A stretch of DNA of 63,392 nt, filler included, from Rhizaria sp. SCN 62-66 (lineage: Eukaryota), in the NCBI GenBank assembly GCA_001724265.1. It is 3 parts of 3 records of this genome, joined end to end, with 100 filler letters (N's around TTAATTAATTAA, not from the genome) between each part and the next. Parts side by side here need not be neighbours in the genome. Positions count along the whole stretch, not along the records: positions 1 to 27,182 come from MEDY01000662.1; positions 27,283 to 56,680 come from MEDY01000663.1; 1 more part is not named here. One strand, 5' to 3'. Positions 22,558 to 34,000 of this stretch are shown one piece after another. The notes beneath the pieces were generated by a model that was not told the origin of the DNA, made no database searches, and worked only from the letters and a program-made list of their open reading frames with translations. Numbering within the stretch: position 1 is the stretch's first letter; each line of letters starts with the position of its first letter. The position numbers were made by a program, and so were the translations under genes.

Positions 22558-25500
22558 ATGTTGGCCAAGACTGGCTCCCGCGCAGCCGCCGCTGCCCTGC
22601 GCGCCTGTAGCCAGACGGCTGCTAAGGCCGCCGCCGCTGCTGTGCCCACTGCTGCCGTCTCCTCTCGTCTCACGTCCTCAGCCGTGCCCCGAGCCAGCGC
22701 CCGCTCGCTCGCGGCCGCTGCTTTGCGCCCTCAGCCCGCCCGCCGCGCCGCGGCCGCGCTCGTCTCGGTGCCCCGCGCCGCCTGCACTGCCGCTGCTGCG
22801 AACAACTCTCACAAGTCATCTGCCTCCGCCTTTGCTGCCTCGGACTCCCGCGCCCGCGCTGTTGTCGCCACCCCGCTTGCGACGGTGACGGGCCCACAGC
22901 TGCACGCGCGCTGGTTGCTCTTCGCGCTGGCCACCGCGACCGCGGCGCTCTCCGCCATCCGCGACGCCAACAACTCCGGCGCCACTGACGGCAGCGACGC
23001 GTTCCCCCCGGGCACGGTGTTCCTGTGCGCGCGCACGGGCGCCGTGCTCGACGCCGCCGATGCGCTCCGCCTGCGCAGCGCCGACGCCGCCGCGGTGGTG
23101 GCCGTGCCGCCCGCCGCGCTGCAGCCGCTGCGCGCGCTCTCCGCCTCGCACGCCGCCGCCGCGCGCCTGCTGCCCGCGCGCGCCGCCGCCCACGACGACA
23201 GCAACAGCGACGGCCAGAGCGCGAGCGGCCGCGGCTGGACGCTGCCCGAGCTGCGCCTGCCCACGCTGCTCCTCACCGCGCTCGCCGCCTCCGCCGACGA
23301 CGCCGACAACAACATCAGCAACAGCAGCAGTGCCGCTGGGGCGAACGACGCCCTGTCGCGCGCGCTGCCCGCGGGCGTGTCGTGGGGGCAGCTCGTGGCG
23401 CTCTCGCGCGCCACCCCCGAGTCCGCCGCCGCCATGACGGCCGCGCTCGCCGCCCTCCCGCGCGACAACAGCGCGGTCAGTGGCGGCGACGTCGACGCCG
23501 ATGTCGACAGCGCCGAGGCGGCGGCGTTTGCGGACCCTCTGCACCCCGTGTACGACGACGAGGGCTTCTGGCGCTTCTACGCGGCACTGTCCCGCGAAGA
23601 CCCCGCGCTGGCGGCGGTGCCCGAGGTCATCCTGGAGTACCGCGCGCAGTGGGCCGAGCAGGCCGCGGCCGCCGCCGAGCTCCGGGCCGCGCGCGACCGC
23701 GCCGCCGAGCAGCTCCGCGCGCTCAAGGCCTCCGCAGCCAGCGCCGTCGGCGCGGTCGCCGACCTGACGCCCGCTGCCGCCGCCGCCGCCGCTGCCGCCG
23801 CCGCCACCGCCGCTGCGGCGGTCGTCACCGTCGTGGACGTCGCCACCTCGGCGCAGCAGTCCTCTCAGTCGCCTGTGCAGGCCCAGTCGCAGCCTCTGTC
23901 GGTGGCGCGCCCCGTGGGGTACCACAAGCAGCTGCCGCCGGCCGAGGAGACGGTCCGCGCCGCCCTAGCGCGCGCCTCGGCCGCCGCGGCCGCCTCGGTC
24001 AACGCCGGCAACGCCGCCCCGCACGCGGCCGCCAACGGCTCCTCCGCGTCCTGGAGCGCGTGGCTTGGCCTGGACTGGCTGCTGGGCGTTGCCCCCGCGC
24101 CCCCCGCGGCCAACATCTCGGCCGCCGCGGTCGTCGCGCCGACGCCCGAGGCCGCGGCGGCGGCCGCCGTGGCCGCCGACGCCGCGGCGGCGTGTCGCGC
24201 GCTGGGCGTGGACCCCGCGGCCGACGCCGACGCGCTGGCTTTCGTCACCGACGGCGCGGGCGTCTCGCGCCTCGCGCCGCACACGGCGATCCAGCGCAAA
24301 GCGCTCGCCCTGTCGGAGCTGCCTCCTGCCGTCGCCGCGCGGCTCGACGACCTGAGCTTTCTGCAGTCGCGCGCCGCGCTGCTGCGCGCGCAGGCCACCG
24401 CGGCGGCGCGCGCGCTCGACCCCGCTGCGACCGCGGCCGCGAGCGTCGGCGGCGGCGGCCGCGGTGCCTTCTCTGCGGCCGCGGGTGGCGCGGGCGGCGA
24501 GGAGCGCGCGGGCGGCATCGTGGGTGCGCTGGTCAAGGCGCTCTCGGCGCAGGCCGCGGCGCTCAAGAACCTCCGCGTGCCCGGCCACGAGGGCCCCGTC
24601 GACGTGGCGAGCCTCAACAAGGAGGAGCGGCGCTACGCGGCGGCCATGATCGCCAGCAACGCCGCCGACACGCTGCTTGGCGGCGGTGGCCTGCAGGCGA
24701 CGGCCACGGCCGACACGCCCGTGGGCTCGCGCGCGGCCCCGGGGCTGCGGACCGGCACGGGCGCCGTTGCCATCCCGGCGCGCGCTCGGATGGGCACCGA
24801 CGAGACGCAGTACGCGGGCGTGACGCAGCCCAAGGACGCGTTCCTGGAGGACCCCGTGGACGAGGACGACTTCGCGACGGACCCCAGCACGCGGCCGCTG
24901 ACGATCGTGGTGCACGTCGACACGGTGTCGGTGGGCGTGGCGCGCGACCGCGAGACAGGCGAGTGGCACACATACGAGCGCCCCGGCTGGGTGGGCTGGA
25001 TGCGCGCGCTGGACCGCATTCCGGGCGCCGAGGTGATCGTCTGGGACGGGCCCGACCTGCTGGCCGCGGGCGTCGCCAACGCGCAGGAGCTGCGCACTAA
25101 GCGCGACATCTCGGGCGGCGCGTTTGTGCTGACGGAGCGCGTCGAGACGAAGCAGGGGCCCGACGCGCTGGCCGAGGCGGGCGTGCTGATGCCCGTGACG
25201 GACCGGGAAACGACCGAGCGCGGCGAGTTCCGCCGCGACCTGCTGCAGCGCGACACTGGGCTGCCCGAGTTCGACGCGCTGGCCGACGCCGAAGAGCACT
25301 GGCGCGGCGACATGAAGACGTGGTGGGCCGCGCAGCCGCGCGAGACGGTGGTGCAGGACGTCAAGCTGGAGCGCTGGGGCACGGGCGTGCGGCCCGACGT
25401 CGCCGCGGGCGGCAAGTTCAGCCACGCCAGCGAGCGCGGCACGGTGCGCATCTTCGGCGTCGACGTCAAGACGGACTGGGGCTCGTGGCTCAACCGCCTG

Positions 25501-26640
25501 ACGTACGTCGACCGCGACGACCTGTACATGCCCTACGGCGCGGAGCACTTTGACTGGCAGCAGTACCGCCGCGTCGATGGCGAGCTGGTGCGCGATATCC
25601 GCTCGCTGCGCCGCGACATGCGCCGCGTCATCCTTATCGACAACGACTCGACGCAGCGCCGGCTGTGGCCCGAGAACTCGCTCAAGGCCTTCGACGACGA
25701 CCACGACGACGGGTCTTCGCTGCCGCGGCCCGTGGACGCGGCGACGCTGCCGCTGCGCCCCGTGCCCAAGGACAAGGAGGTCCGCGACCGGCGCGAGTTC
25801 TTGCAGCTGCATCACCTGCTCATGGGGCTGCAGATGACGCGCTGCCCCGACGTCAAGGAGCCCATCCTGGGCTGGAACCTCGCCGCCGCGGGCGTCTCCT
25901 CGGGGCTCGGCGCCTACGGCCCGCAGGTCGGCGTGCTGCGCAACCCGGTGACGGGCGAGGCGCACATGGACCGCCTGTCGTCAGCCATGCTGTCGACGCT
26001 GCACGAGTACAAGACTGCGCAGTCGCAGCTTGGGCTGTCGGACGAGCCCGCGCTGCCCAAGGGCCGCAAGTCGCTCGCGCCACCGCCGCCCAACGCGTAC
26101 CAGCGCGTGCTGGCTGCGCAGACGGACGACCTCATCGCCGCCGTCACGCACGAGAGCGCCGCGCTCGTCGACTCGGCGCGCAACGCCGTCGCCGCCGTCG
26201 CAGGGCTGGGCGAGCGCGTCGACGGGCTCACCTCCGCGCTCGCCGCCGCCGCGCCCGCCGCCGCGCAGGGCTGGGCCTCGTGGGCCCTGTCCCCGCTGCA
26301 GGGCCTGTTCGGCTCCGGCTCGGCCGCGAGCGCGGGCGACAATGACAGCCGCACTGCGAGCCCGCTGGCCATGGACCCCGCGACGGCGGCGGCGCTGCTG
26401 GCCGCGGCCGCGCAGGCGCCGCTGACGCCGGGCGAGGAGGCTGTTCTGGCCGCCGTGGGCCCCGCGTACGCGCCCACCGTCGCCGGGCTTGCCCGCCGCG
26501 CGCGCGTTGGCGTGGCCGAGGAGGCGCTGCTCGCGGGTGCCGACGCTGAGACCGTGGCCGCCTCCGCGGGCGCCGCGCTGCTGTCCCCCGAGGACCTTGC
26601 GGGCGTCGCCACCGTCAACGGCGAGATGCGCGTGGGCTAG
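22558..26640 (+). CDS. TIM50: Tim50-like mitochondrial import protein (FCP1/NIF-like domain), 1,360 aa to TAG; possibly 1,452 aa to TAA at 26916
   Basis: Arg/Ala/Ser-rich, acid-poor N-terminus (presequence-like) and a hydrophobic stretch WLLFALATATAALSAI. NIF/Tim50 motifs at ~24890-25880: PLTIVVHVDT, GEWHTYERPG, DGELVRDIRSLRRDMRRVILIDND, WPENSL, DVKEPIL. The DxDxT catalytic motif is degenerate, as in several Tim50s. Confidence 0.75.
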   Translation: MLAKTGSRAAAAALRACSQTAAKAAAAAVPTAAVSSRLTSSAVPRASARSLAAAALRPQPARRAAAALVSVPRAACTAAAANNSHKSSASAFAASDSRARAVVATPLATVTGPQLHARWLLFALATATAALSAIRDANNSGATDGSDAFPPGTVFLCARTGAVLDAADALRLRSADAAAVVAVPPAALQPLRALSASHAAAARLLPARAAAHDDSNSDGQSASGRGWTLPELRLPTLLLTALAASADDADNNISNSSSAAGANDALSRALPAGVSWGQLVALSRATPESAAAMTAALAALPRDNSAVSGGDVDADVDSAEAAAFADPLHPVYDDEGFWRFYAALSREDPALAAVPEVILEYRAQWAEQAAAAAELRAARDRAAEQLRALKASAASAVGAVADLTPAAAAAAAAAAATAAAAVVTVVDVATSAQQSSQSPVQAQSQPLSVARPVGYHKQLPPAEETVRAALARASAAAAASVNAGNAAPHAAANGSSASWSAWLGLDWLLGVAPAPPAANISAAAVVAPTPEAAAAAAVAADAAAACRALGVDPAADADALAFVTDGAGVSRLAPHTAIQRKALALSELPPAVAARLDDLSFLQSRAALLRAQATAAARALDPAATAAASVGGGGRGAFSAAAGGAGGEERAGGIVGALVKALSAQAAALKNLRVPGHEGPVDVASLNKEERRYAAAMIASNAADTLLGGGGLQATATADTPVGSRAAPGLRTGTGAVAIPARARMGTDETQYAGVTQPKDAFLEDPVDEDDFATDPSTRPLTIVVHVDTVSVGVARDRETGEWHTYERPGWVGWMRALDRIPGAEVIVWDGPDLLAAGVANAQELRTKRDISGGAFVLTERVETKQGPDALAEAGVLMPVTDRETTERGEFRRDLLQRDTGLPEFDALADAEEHWRGDMKTWWAAQPRETVVQDVKLERWGTGVRPDVAAGGKFSHASERGTVRIFGVDVKTDWGSWLNRLTYVDRDDLYMPYGAEHFDWQQYRRVDGELVRDIRSLRRDMRRVILIDNDSTQRRLWPENSLKAFDDDHDDGSSLPRPVDAATLPLRPVPKDKEVRDRREFLQLHHLLMGLQMTRCPDVKEPILGWNLAAAGVSSGLGAYGPQVGVLRNPVTGEAHMDRLSSAMLSTLHEYKTAQSQLGLSDEPALPKGRKSLAPPPPNAYQRVLAAQTDDLIAAVTHESAALVDSARNAVAAVAGLGERVDGLTSALAAAAPAAAQGWASWALSPLQGLFGSGSAASAGDNDSRTASPLAMDPATAAALLAAAAQAPLTPGEEAVLAAVGPAYAPTVAGLARRARVGVAEEALLAGADAETVAASAGAALLSPEDLAGVATVNGEMRVG

Positions 26641-27182
26641 GGCGAGGGTGCGCGGTCGAGTGGGCGCGGATACGGCCGCACGACGCGCGCGCTGCGCGAG
26701 GCCGAGGCCGTGCTCTCCGGCGCGGCTGTGGCGCAGGACCTGGCCGCTGCGGACCGCATGTGGGAGCTGGGCGTGGTGAGCGAGGCTGATTACGACGCGG
26801 TGACGCGGCCGCTGGAGCAGGCGCAGGACGCGCTGGCCAAGGGTCACGTCAGCGGCGACGACGCCTTCAGGAAGCTCGGCGTGCCGCTGCTCTCCGACCG
26901 GCCCACCCGGCGTTAAGCGAAGCGCGCTTAGCGAAGCATACGCTGGACGCACAGCACTGATAGTGTGTATGGTGTGATGGAAAACAATATTTAACACTCA
27001 GTTTTATAAAAGCTTTTGTGTGTGAAATATATGAGAGATATTAATTGTATTTTATTTGTAGAGTCAGTAATAGAAAAGGCGGGTTTCAAGACACCGTTTT
27101 ACAACACAAAAACCCCTCACCAACCCATCGATTTCAATAGCCTCATGCACCTTTTTCAAAAGCCGCCCATTTCTCTCTTCTC

Positions 27183-27282
27183 NNNNNNNNNNNNNNNNNN
27201 NNNNNNNNNNNNNNNNNNNNNNNNNNTTAATTAATTAANNNNNNNNNNNNNNNNNNNNNNNNNNNNNNNNNNNNNNNNNNNN
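27183..27282. other. Artificial contig linker (N44 + TTAATTAATTAA + N44)
   Basis: Exactly 100 nt with a central palindrome placing TAA in all six frames; identical to the linker at 56681. Confidence 0.97.
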
Positions 27283-28042
27283 ATAAACCACGTAGTTTGA
27301 TAACTTCTACGAAAGTGCGCCAAAGTCGCAAAAAAAGCGCGAAATCGCGTTTTTTAGTTGACGCTACATAGGGGTTACACACTAAGGACCGAACAGAGAT
27401 TAACCACTCACGCATCGAATCAGAACTTCAAAAGTCAGACATCCCAACAATCGTAATTGTTTGCGTGATATAGCCGCAAAATATGGAAACAATAATCGCC
27501 GAGACATTATATTATTTATGATTTCACTCAATACACTTGTGACTCCAGTCATAGCAACGTTTTGGCTTCGTATCTTTATGAGGCTCAGTTCCGAAAAAAA
27601 ACGATTTCTGCCAATGGTTGCTTGCTTACCACGTTAGGTGGGATGCCTCTCGAATAGTTTTTGAGTCGAGGAGCTTTTTTGGGGGTCTAGCGTCGTTGAA
27701 TTCGCTTGGCGCATATCATTTTTTCATCTTGGCTTTTCTACAACAAATGTATAATACTGGGCATTCTTCATACTCATTATTTAGTCTTAAAAGTCTCCTT
27801 CTATGAGCCAGCTTGCCTGCTTTGGGATGGGCTCAAGAAAATCCAGTTTTGTCCTTTTGCTCACGGTAAAACTCACTATTCCCACTATCTTATTGTAAAC
27901 ACCCGTTAACAGCACTTGCAATAAGTTGTGGATTCTACGCATTCGCCTGGGCCGTTTTGTAACACCCCTAAGCCCGGCTTGAACAAAGACTCGACTCCAA
28001 CCGACTGGGCCGACCACCGGATTTCTTTCTTCACGTGGCCCC

Positions 28043-31000
28043 ATGAGCCCCTCGCCGCACATGTTGTGCGCACCCAGCGCAAGGAAACTTCCGAGCCCAG
28101 GTCGTTCCTATTTTTTACACGTTAGTTGGGCGCTAATATTGGTTTTAAGTCTGCTGCAGCTCGTCATCGCCGCGTCCCATACATCTTTCACAACCGTGAT
28201 CACGGGCACACCGACGCGCAGCTTCTTGACATCAAAAATCGTCACTGTTTCTGCTACTTTCACTCCCACGGCTGTCACACTCCCTGCTGCGGACGTCGCC
28301 GCCGCAAAGTTTGTCTTTGTGTGCTCCCATGCCAGTATCGTGACCATCGCGGCCGTGACGGTGCCGAGCAGCCCCACCGTCACGACTCTCACCGCGAACA
28401 CGACGATGAAGTACGGCTTCACCTCGACACTCGCCGCAGCCTACGCCAGCGCATTCTCTTTTGCGTTCACGTTGGATCTTTTTGCAGTTGCGCCCGCAAA
28501 CAGTGACTCTGCCGCCAGCGCCTTCTCGCTCCCCGCCGGGCTGTGCACGAGCACGTACTACAATCTGGCCAACGAGGCGGACATTGTTGCGACTCCGAGC
28601 AAGGCCTTCCCCAGTGTGCCCACATGGTCTCCTGCCGCGCCCATACTTTCGCATGCATTTGCACACTTGTCTACAAAACCACTGGTTCTCTCCGGTGACG
28701 CTGCCACTTGCAGCTTCAGTTTCACGACAAACCACCCATATCCTGTCTACAGCGGCAAGCTCAACATGCTCTCGGCGTGCGGCTCGTCATCGTTCTCATT
28801 GGCTACAGCGATCCGTGGAGTGTCGACCAATGACGCATCGCTTCTGTATTCAATTGCCGACAGTCGTACGAGCACCTCACTGCCATTTTCATTCGACACG
28901 ACGGGCTCAGCGACTCCTGCAGTGGGCCCTACGACGATCACGTTTGATAACGTCAACATCAATGTCACCTCTTCGGTCAACACGACTCACATTTTTAGCT
29001 GCTTTAGCATCGAACTTTCTGGCATATCAAGCTCGTCACTTTTTACAGCGACCACGATGCCTGCGTTGTCAATCACAGGCATCGGTGCGCCGACCATGTA
29101 CATTGCTACTGCTCGTTCCGAAATTATGGGCTCGGTGTATTGGGTCGATGCATATCTGTTGGCCAGTACGGCGGCGTACAGCACTGCAATCACGTTGAAG
29201 TCTGATCAGGCCTCATGTTCGCAGGCGTTTCGCAGACCCACAGGCTCGGACACTGGTTTCGTGTCGACTCCGCTGCTGGTGAAACGGGCTTTTGTGCGCG
29301 ATTATGCAGACAGTATTGGATGCTCAGTCTTCACCGACGCTAGCACGACAGGTAGTCCGTCATGGTCGCGCACCACGTTCACTAACACACGTTTCTTTAT
29401 TAACTGCACTTCAGTGTCCAACATGGCAAGCATGTCCACCGGCGCATGGATCCGCGTCCGCCTCGCGAGCGTCATGACCGAGGCGACGTCCATCCCCAAG
29501 GAGTGCTGGACAGTGGAGACGACGACTGCGCTTGACTCTCTCGCCTCCGTGGTGAAGACAATGGAGACTGCCTGGGACATTACGCAGGCTGTGCCGTACG
29601 CTATGACTGTGACTCCAGGAACAAGTGCGACTACTTTCAAATGGGCTACAGGAAGTACAACCACAACAAGCACTGCTGTTCAGTTGCATGTTCTTTCGTA
29701 TCCTAGTTATTGTCCTTCCGGAGTTGTGTTTGCGAGCTCTGTTGCTGTGACGTCCTCGACGTTTTCTACAACTGCATCTTTATCAGCTGACTATCGCACT
29801 CTTACACTTCCAACATCTCTTGCCAATTCGACAGATGCACAGTTTTCACTTGCGAAGACAGCGTTTTCTTCAACCTTCTACACTATCCCGGGCGCATATG
29901 CGAACATGCGCCCGGAATGTTTCCAGATCACGATGATTCACAACAGTGTCATACCGCTTCAAGTTGCCCAGCTGCCTAAGGCAGGCATGATTACCCCTGA
30001 TGTAGCAGGAGGAACCGATACCTATACGAATCTAACGCTCAATCTTCAACACACCGCGATTAAGTCCATCAACGTGGACCAGCCCGAGTTGTCTCAGCAC
30101 GCTATGATGGTCGACCAACCTGTCGACCTCGCCGCAAGCACGACTTCATCGAGTAACCGAACGTGGGTACTTGAGGTTTCACCAGAGTTCAGTCGTGACT
30201 GGGCGTTGGTTGTTCCTTCATCTGCACCATCAGGGGCCACATGTTCATTCAACGCAACTAACTTGGCAAACTCTCACAAAGATCGTGTGACGATGTTTTG
30301 CAGCACCACCACGAATGGCAGGCAGAACCAAGTGTCTATTAACGCAGTTTACACGGCGCCACACAACTCATACTATCCTCCCTTACCGTCGTTATATTCA
30401 TATACTATCGTCGCCGTACTTTCTACCACCAGTTCTAATTACTACATTAATACTCCCAGCGCTTTCTCCACCTTCAGCGACTCTGTCGGCTTCACTGTGG
30501 CCCTTAAGCACACAAGTTACTTCCTCTCCACGTTCCAATCAGCAAACGTGTTTTACGTGCGCACAGGCGTTGTGATATTTGCGACAAAAACCCGTACAGC
30601 ATCGATTAGTATTACAATTCCGAGCGACAGCAAGTGGCGCAACCCAAGCAATACCTACACGTCGATCTCGGTCAGCGATGTTGCGCACTGGGGACGCGCT
30701 ACACAATCGGCTGCGGCGTGTGCGACCTCAGGGTCTTCAGACACGGTCAGGGCGGCGTCATGCACTCTACCTGTAGTCACTGGCAGCACGATTCCACCTC
30801 CATTGGGTTTTGTTCTCGACAGTTTCAACACGCCACGTACGACTTTTGCTTCTGCTGCTCTGCCGTCGACATTCTTTGCTATCACCGGCACTGGCGCAAC
30901 CTACACACAGGCTGCGCTGTCACTGAACCCTTCGCAGCCGCTTGTCTTTGACCACGGCGCCGAGTACCTTAGCGCCTTCACCAAAGTAGACACCGGCTTG

Positions 31001-34000
31001 ACCGTGGTGACTGTCTCGCTTAAGTTCCAGCTTTACAACGCTGTCAAGACGCCTGGCACGTCGACGGTGATCTACAAATGGGGCATCTCGCCCGCGTGCG
31101 CCGCCACCATCACAGGTGTTGTTGGCGGCACGGTTACTGGTGGCTCCACGTGCACCGTCACTTCAGTCTCCGGCCTCAACGCCACGATCAGCTGTCCTGT
31201 CGCCTCCAGTAGTGTGATTCCCTACGCACTTGCCACGGCCGGCGTCCATATCTACTACAGCACCACTGCAGTGAACGACATGCCCGCGGAGACGTGTCTC
31301 TCCGCGCGCGTAACGCTTGCCACCAGCGGCGTCACCGATGTGCAGTCTCCGTGGCAGGCCCCGCTGACGGCGTGGGTTAACAGCGTCGCGAGCATCTCCA
31401 CACGTCGCTTCTACTTCACCGTGGCCGCGACGAGAGCTGACATGTTTGCGTACGACGCTTCGTTGGGCACGTTTTCAGTCAACATGCGGTACAAGTACAC
31501 CTTGTCATCGTACCGCGACACCAACGGTGCAGCGGCTGGATACCTCATCACGCCTTGTTCAAGCGAGACCGCGTTCACAATTGTGCAAAGCGGAGTTACA
31601 CCAGCGCCTGTGCTGTCGGGCTCCGGCGTCACAACTGGCACCACCGACGGGTTCACGTGCTCATCTTCGCTCAGCTGGAGTGGCTCAACAGCGCCAAAGG
31701 GGCTTTATGTCTCGGGTTGCACTGCCGAGTCGATTGCGTTGGTGACGTCTAAGTTCGGGCAGGTGCGCCAGCACTACTTTGAGGTCGATGGCGTGCTGGT
31801 AGGGAACAAGGCCGCAACTTCCGCGTGCGTCCGTATCAACGCAGGCACGGCGACAACTGACACTCAGCCTGACGGAATCACGACCATCAGCTTCACACAG
31901 AGCGCAAACGCGATGCAGTACCACTTGACGACGCTTGCACGTTCTGTCGTGCCATCGACTGTGGACGAGTTTGTGTCGTCGCCACGCATCTTCTACCACA
32001 TGCGCATGAGTCTGTACATCCTCGTGCCGATTCCCACCGAGCAAACGTACGTGTACTTTACTATCTACGTCGACACCGCTGCGTGCCCGCTGTTGATGGT
32101 CGGCAGCACGACAATCTCGTCGCGTGCGTTTTCCTCCGCCTGGGGCCCCTCGCTGACCAACGGGTTGTGCGCCGACCTCGGCTACTCCAACGACAACAGG
32201 CGCACGATCCGGTGCCCGAACCCCGGCGTGACGAGCATTAATCACAGGATCTACACGTTCGACATCCCAACTCTGTTCGAGGCCCAGGCTTCCGCGACCA
32301 CCGCCGCTGTGAGCTGCTTCAAGGCAACGATGACCGACTACACACTCGCATCGCCGTATCCGCTCGAGGCTGTGCCGCTTTCGCCTCAATTCTCGCTCGG
32401 CCAAAGCCCTTCCGTGGACCTCGTGCTGCGCATGCACCAGAAGCGCATCGACGACAGCTGGGATATCTCCGATAGCATAAGCACAGTCTCCGGCGGCAGC
32501 AGCCCGTGGGTTGTGGGTGTGACGTCCTCCCTTGCAGTCATTCTGCACAGCGCGATTGGCAGCGGACAGACGCTCGCGGTCGAGTTGAGCTACGTGACCT
32601 CGGCTTCGTGTCCTGCAGGCTCTTTTGAGTTCTTGCCCAGCAACTTCAATCTGCAGGGCTTTAACGCTTCCGCTACAATTGGATCCGATTACACGCTTGC
32701 CACTTCTCTCACGTGCTCTCCATCGACGACGATGACAGCCACTAGGTTCAATCTTTCGTGCGTCGCAGGTACAGCCCTTGGCATTGACAAAATCCACTTG
32801 TTTCAACTGGACACCGCGTTCCGCTACCGCTACGCCGTTGCAGGATTTTACCCACAGATCCCACAAGGCTGTTTTGTTGTGACGTCGCATCCGACATTAT
32901 TGACGACGACAGTCGGCCCGCTTACCGAACCTTTTAACGTTAACTACTATCTTTCAGCCTTACATCCTGAGCTCGCGATTCGCGTCTACCACTTTTCTAA
33001 GCGACTGCAGGCCGCGGATCCTTCAGCTTCACCAGCCAACTATCCAGAGCACAACACGTTCGAGCTCCAGATTTATGTTTACACTGCCGCTGCGTTTGTT
33101 AACCTGACTAACACGCTCTCGATTGAGTACGACATGATGCTCACCTCTTCGCTGGGTATTGTGCCGCTTGAGTTTGCTCTCGTCGCGCTCTCACCCGTGC
33201 TAAGCTGGAGCTGCACTTTGGGTACACATCCGAATGGCATCTATTCCGGGCTTCTTACGTGCCCTCAGTACGTGCTTCCTGGCGTCAGTGACAACTCGAC
33301 CCCAATGCGCTTGCGTTTTACGGGTCTGGAGACCAACTACGGTGCGATATGGCCGCAGCTACACCAGTCTGTGGTGCTTGTCAACCAGAACTACAGTACG
33401 AGTGTCCTCGGTATGCGCATGACCAAGTCTCAGCATCCGCTTGATATTGCCTACAGCATCAACAATGCTTACGTCACACACTCTTGGTCGGGGCTAAGTG
33501 TGATTGTCGATGTCAACCTCCGTATCTTTGCGCACACGTATTTTCCCATCAAATCACTTACGCTTACGCTGGACAAGAGCTGCGCACCTCGATTCTCTCT
33601 TCCCATGGGCATACCTTCCTTTGACAGCAATCATGCTATGATGTGTGATGGCATGACTAACAACGACCAGTTCTTCATGTCGTCTTTGTCTTGTTCTATG
33701 TCCACCCCTGACGCTTACGGTGCGCTTGCGAGCGACACGTCTTCTGCGCCTGTGACAGGGTGGATCGAAAGCAACGTCCTCTCAATGATGAACGCATACG
33801 TATCTAGCATCAGCGAGCTCATCGTGCCTAAGTCGTGTTTTATCTTCACCGCGACTGATCAGTATAACAGAGTATATTCGTGGACCTCTGCAGTTGAGGA
33901 TGTCAATTTTGTGCCTGGTACCATTGGCCCTGTGTACGACGCCATCTACGATGTCAGCGCAGATATAATCGGCCACACCATGACATCAGCCAATACGTTT

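Noticed and set aside
26632-26646. 9- or 15-nt GT..AG micro-intron (GTGGGCTAG / GTGGGCTAGGGCGAG) removing the TAG
   Set aside because: In frame but GC-rich with no pyrimidine tract, whereas introns here are 127-164 nt and AT-richer. Not formally excluded without RNA data.
26647-26680. Hairpin downstream of the TAG as a readthrough stimulator
   Set aside because: A stem of about 7 bp is expected by chance at this GC content.
27227-27238. TTAATTAATTAA palindrome as a biological site (also at 56725)
   Set aside because: Centred in identical N44 flanks; a synthetic six-frame-stop linker. Gene clustering across linkers was therefore not interpreted.
27330-27355. Rho-independent terminator-like hairpin with T tract
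   Set aside because: Eukaryotic context, very short stem, and no upstream gene visible.
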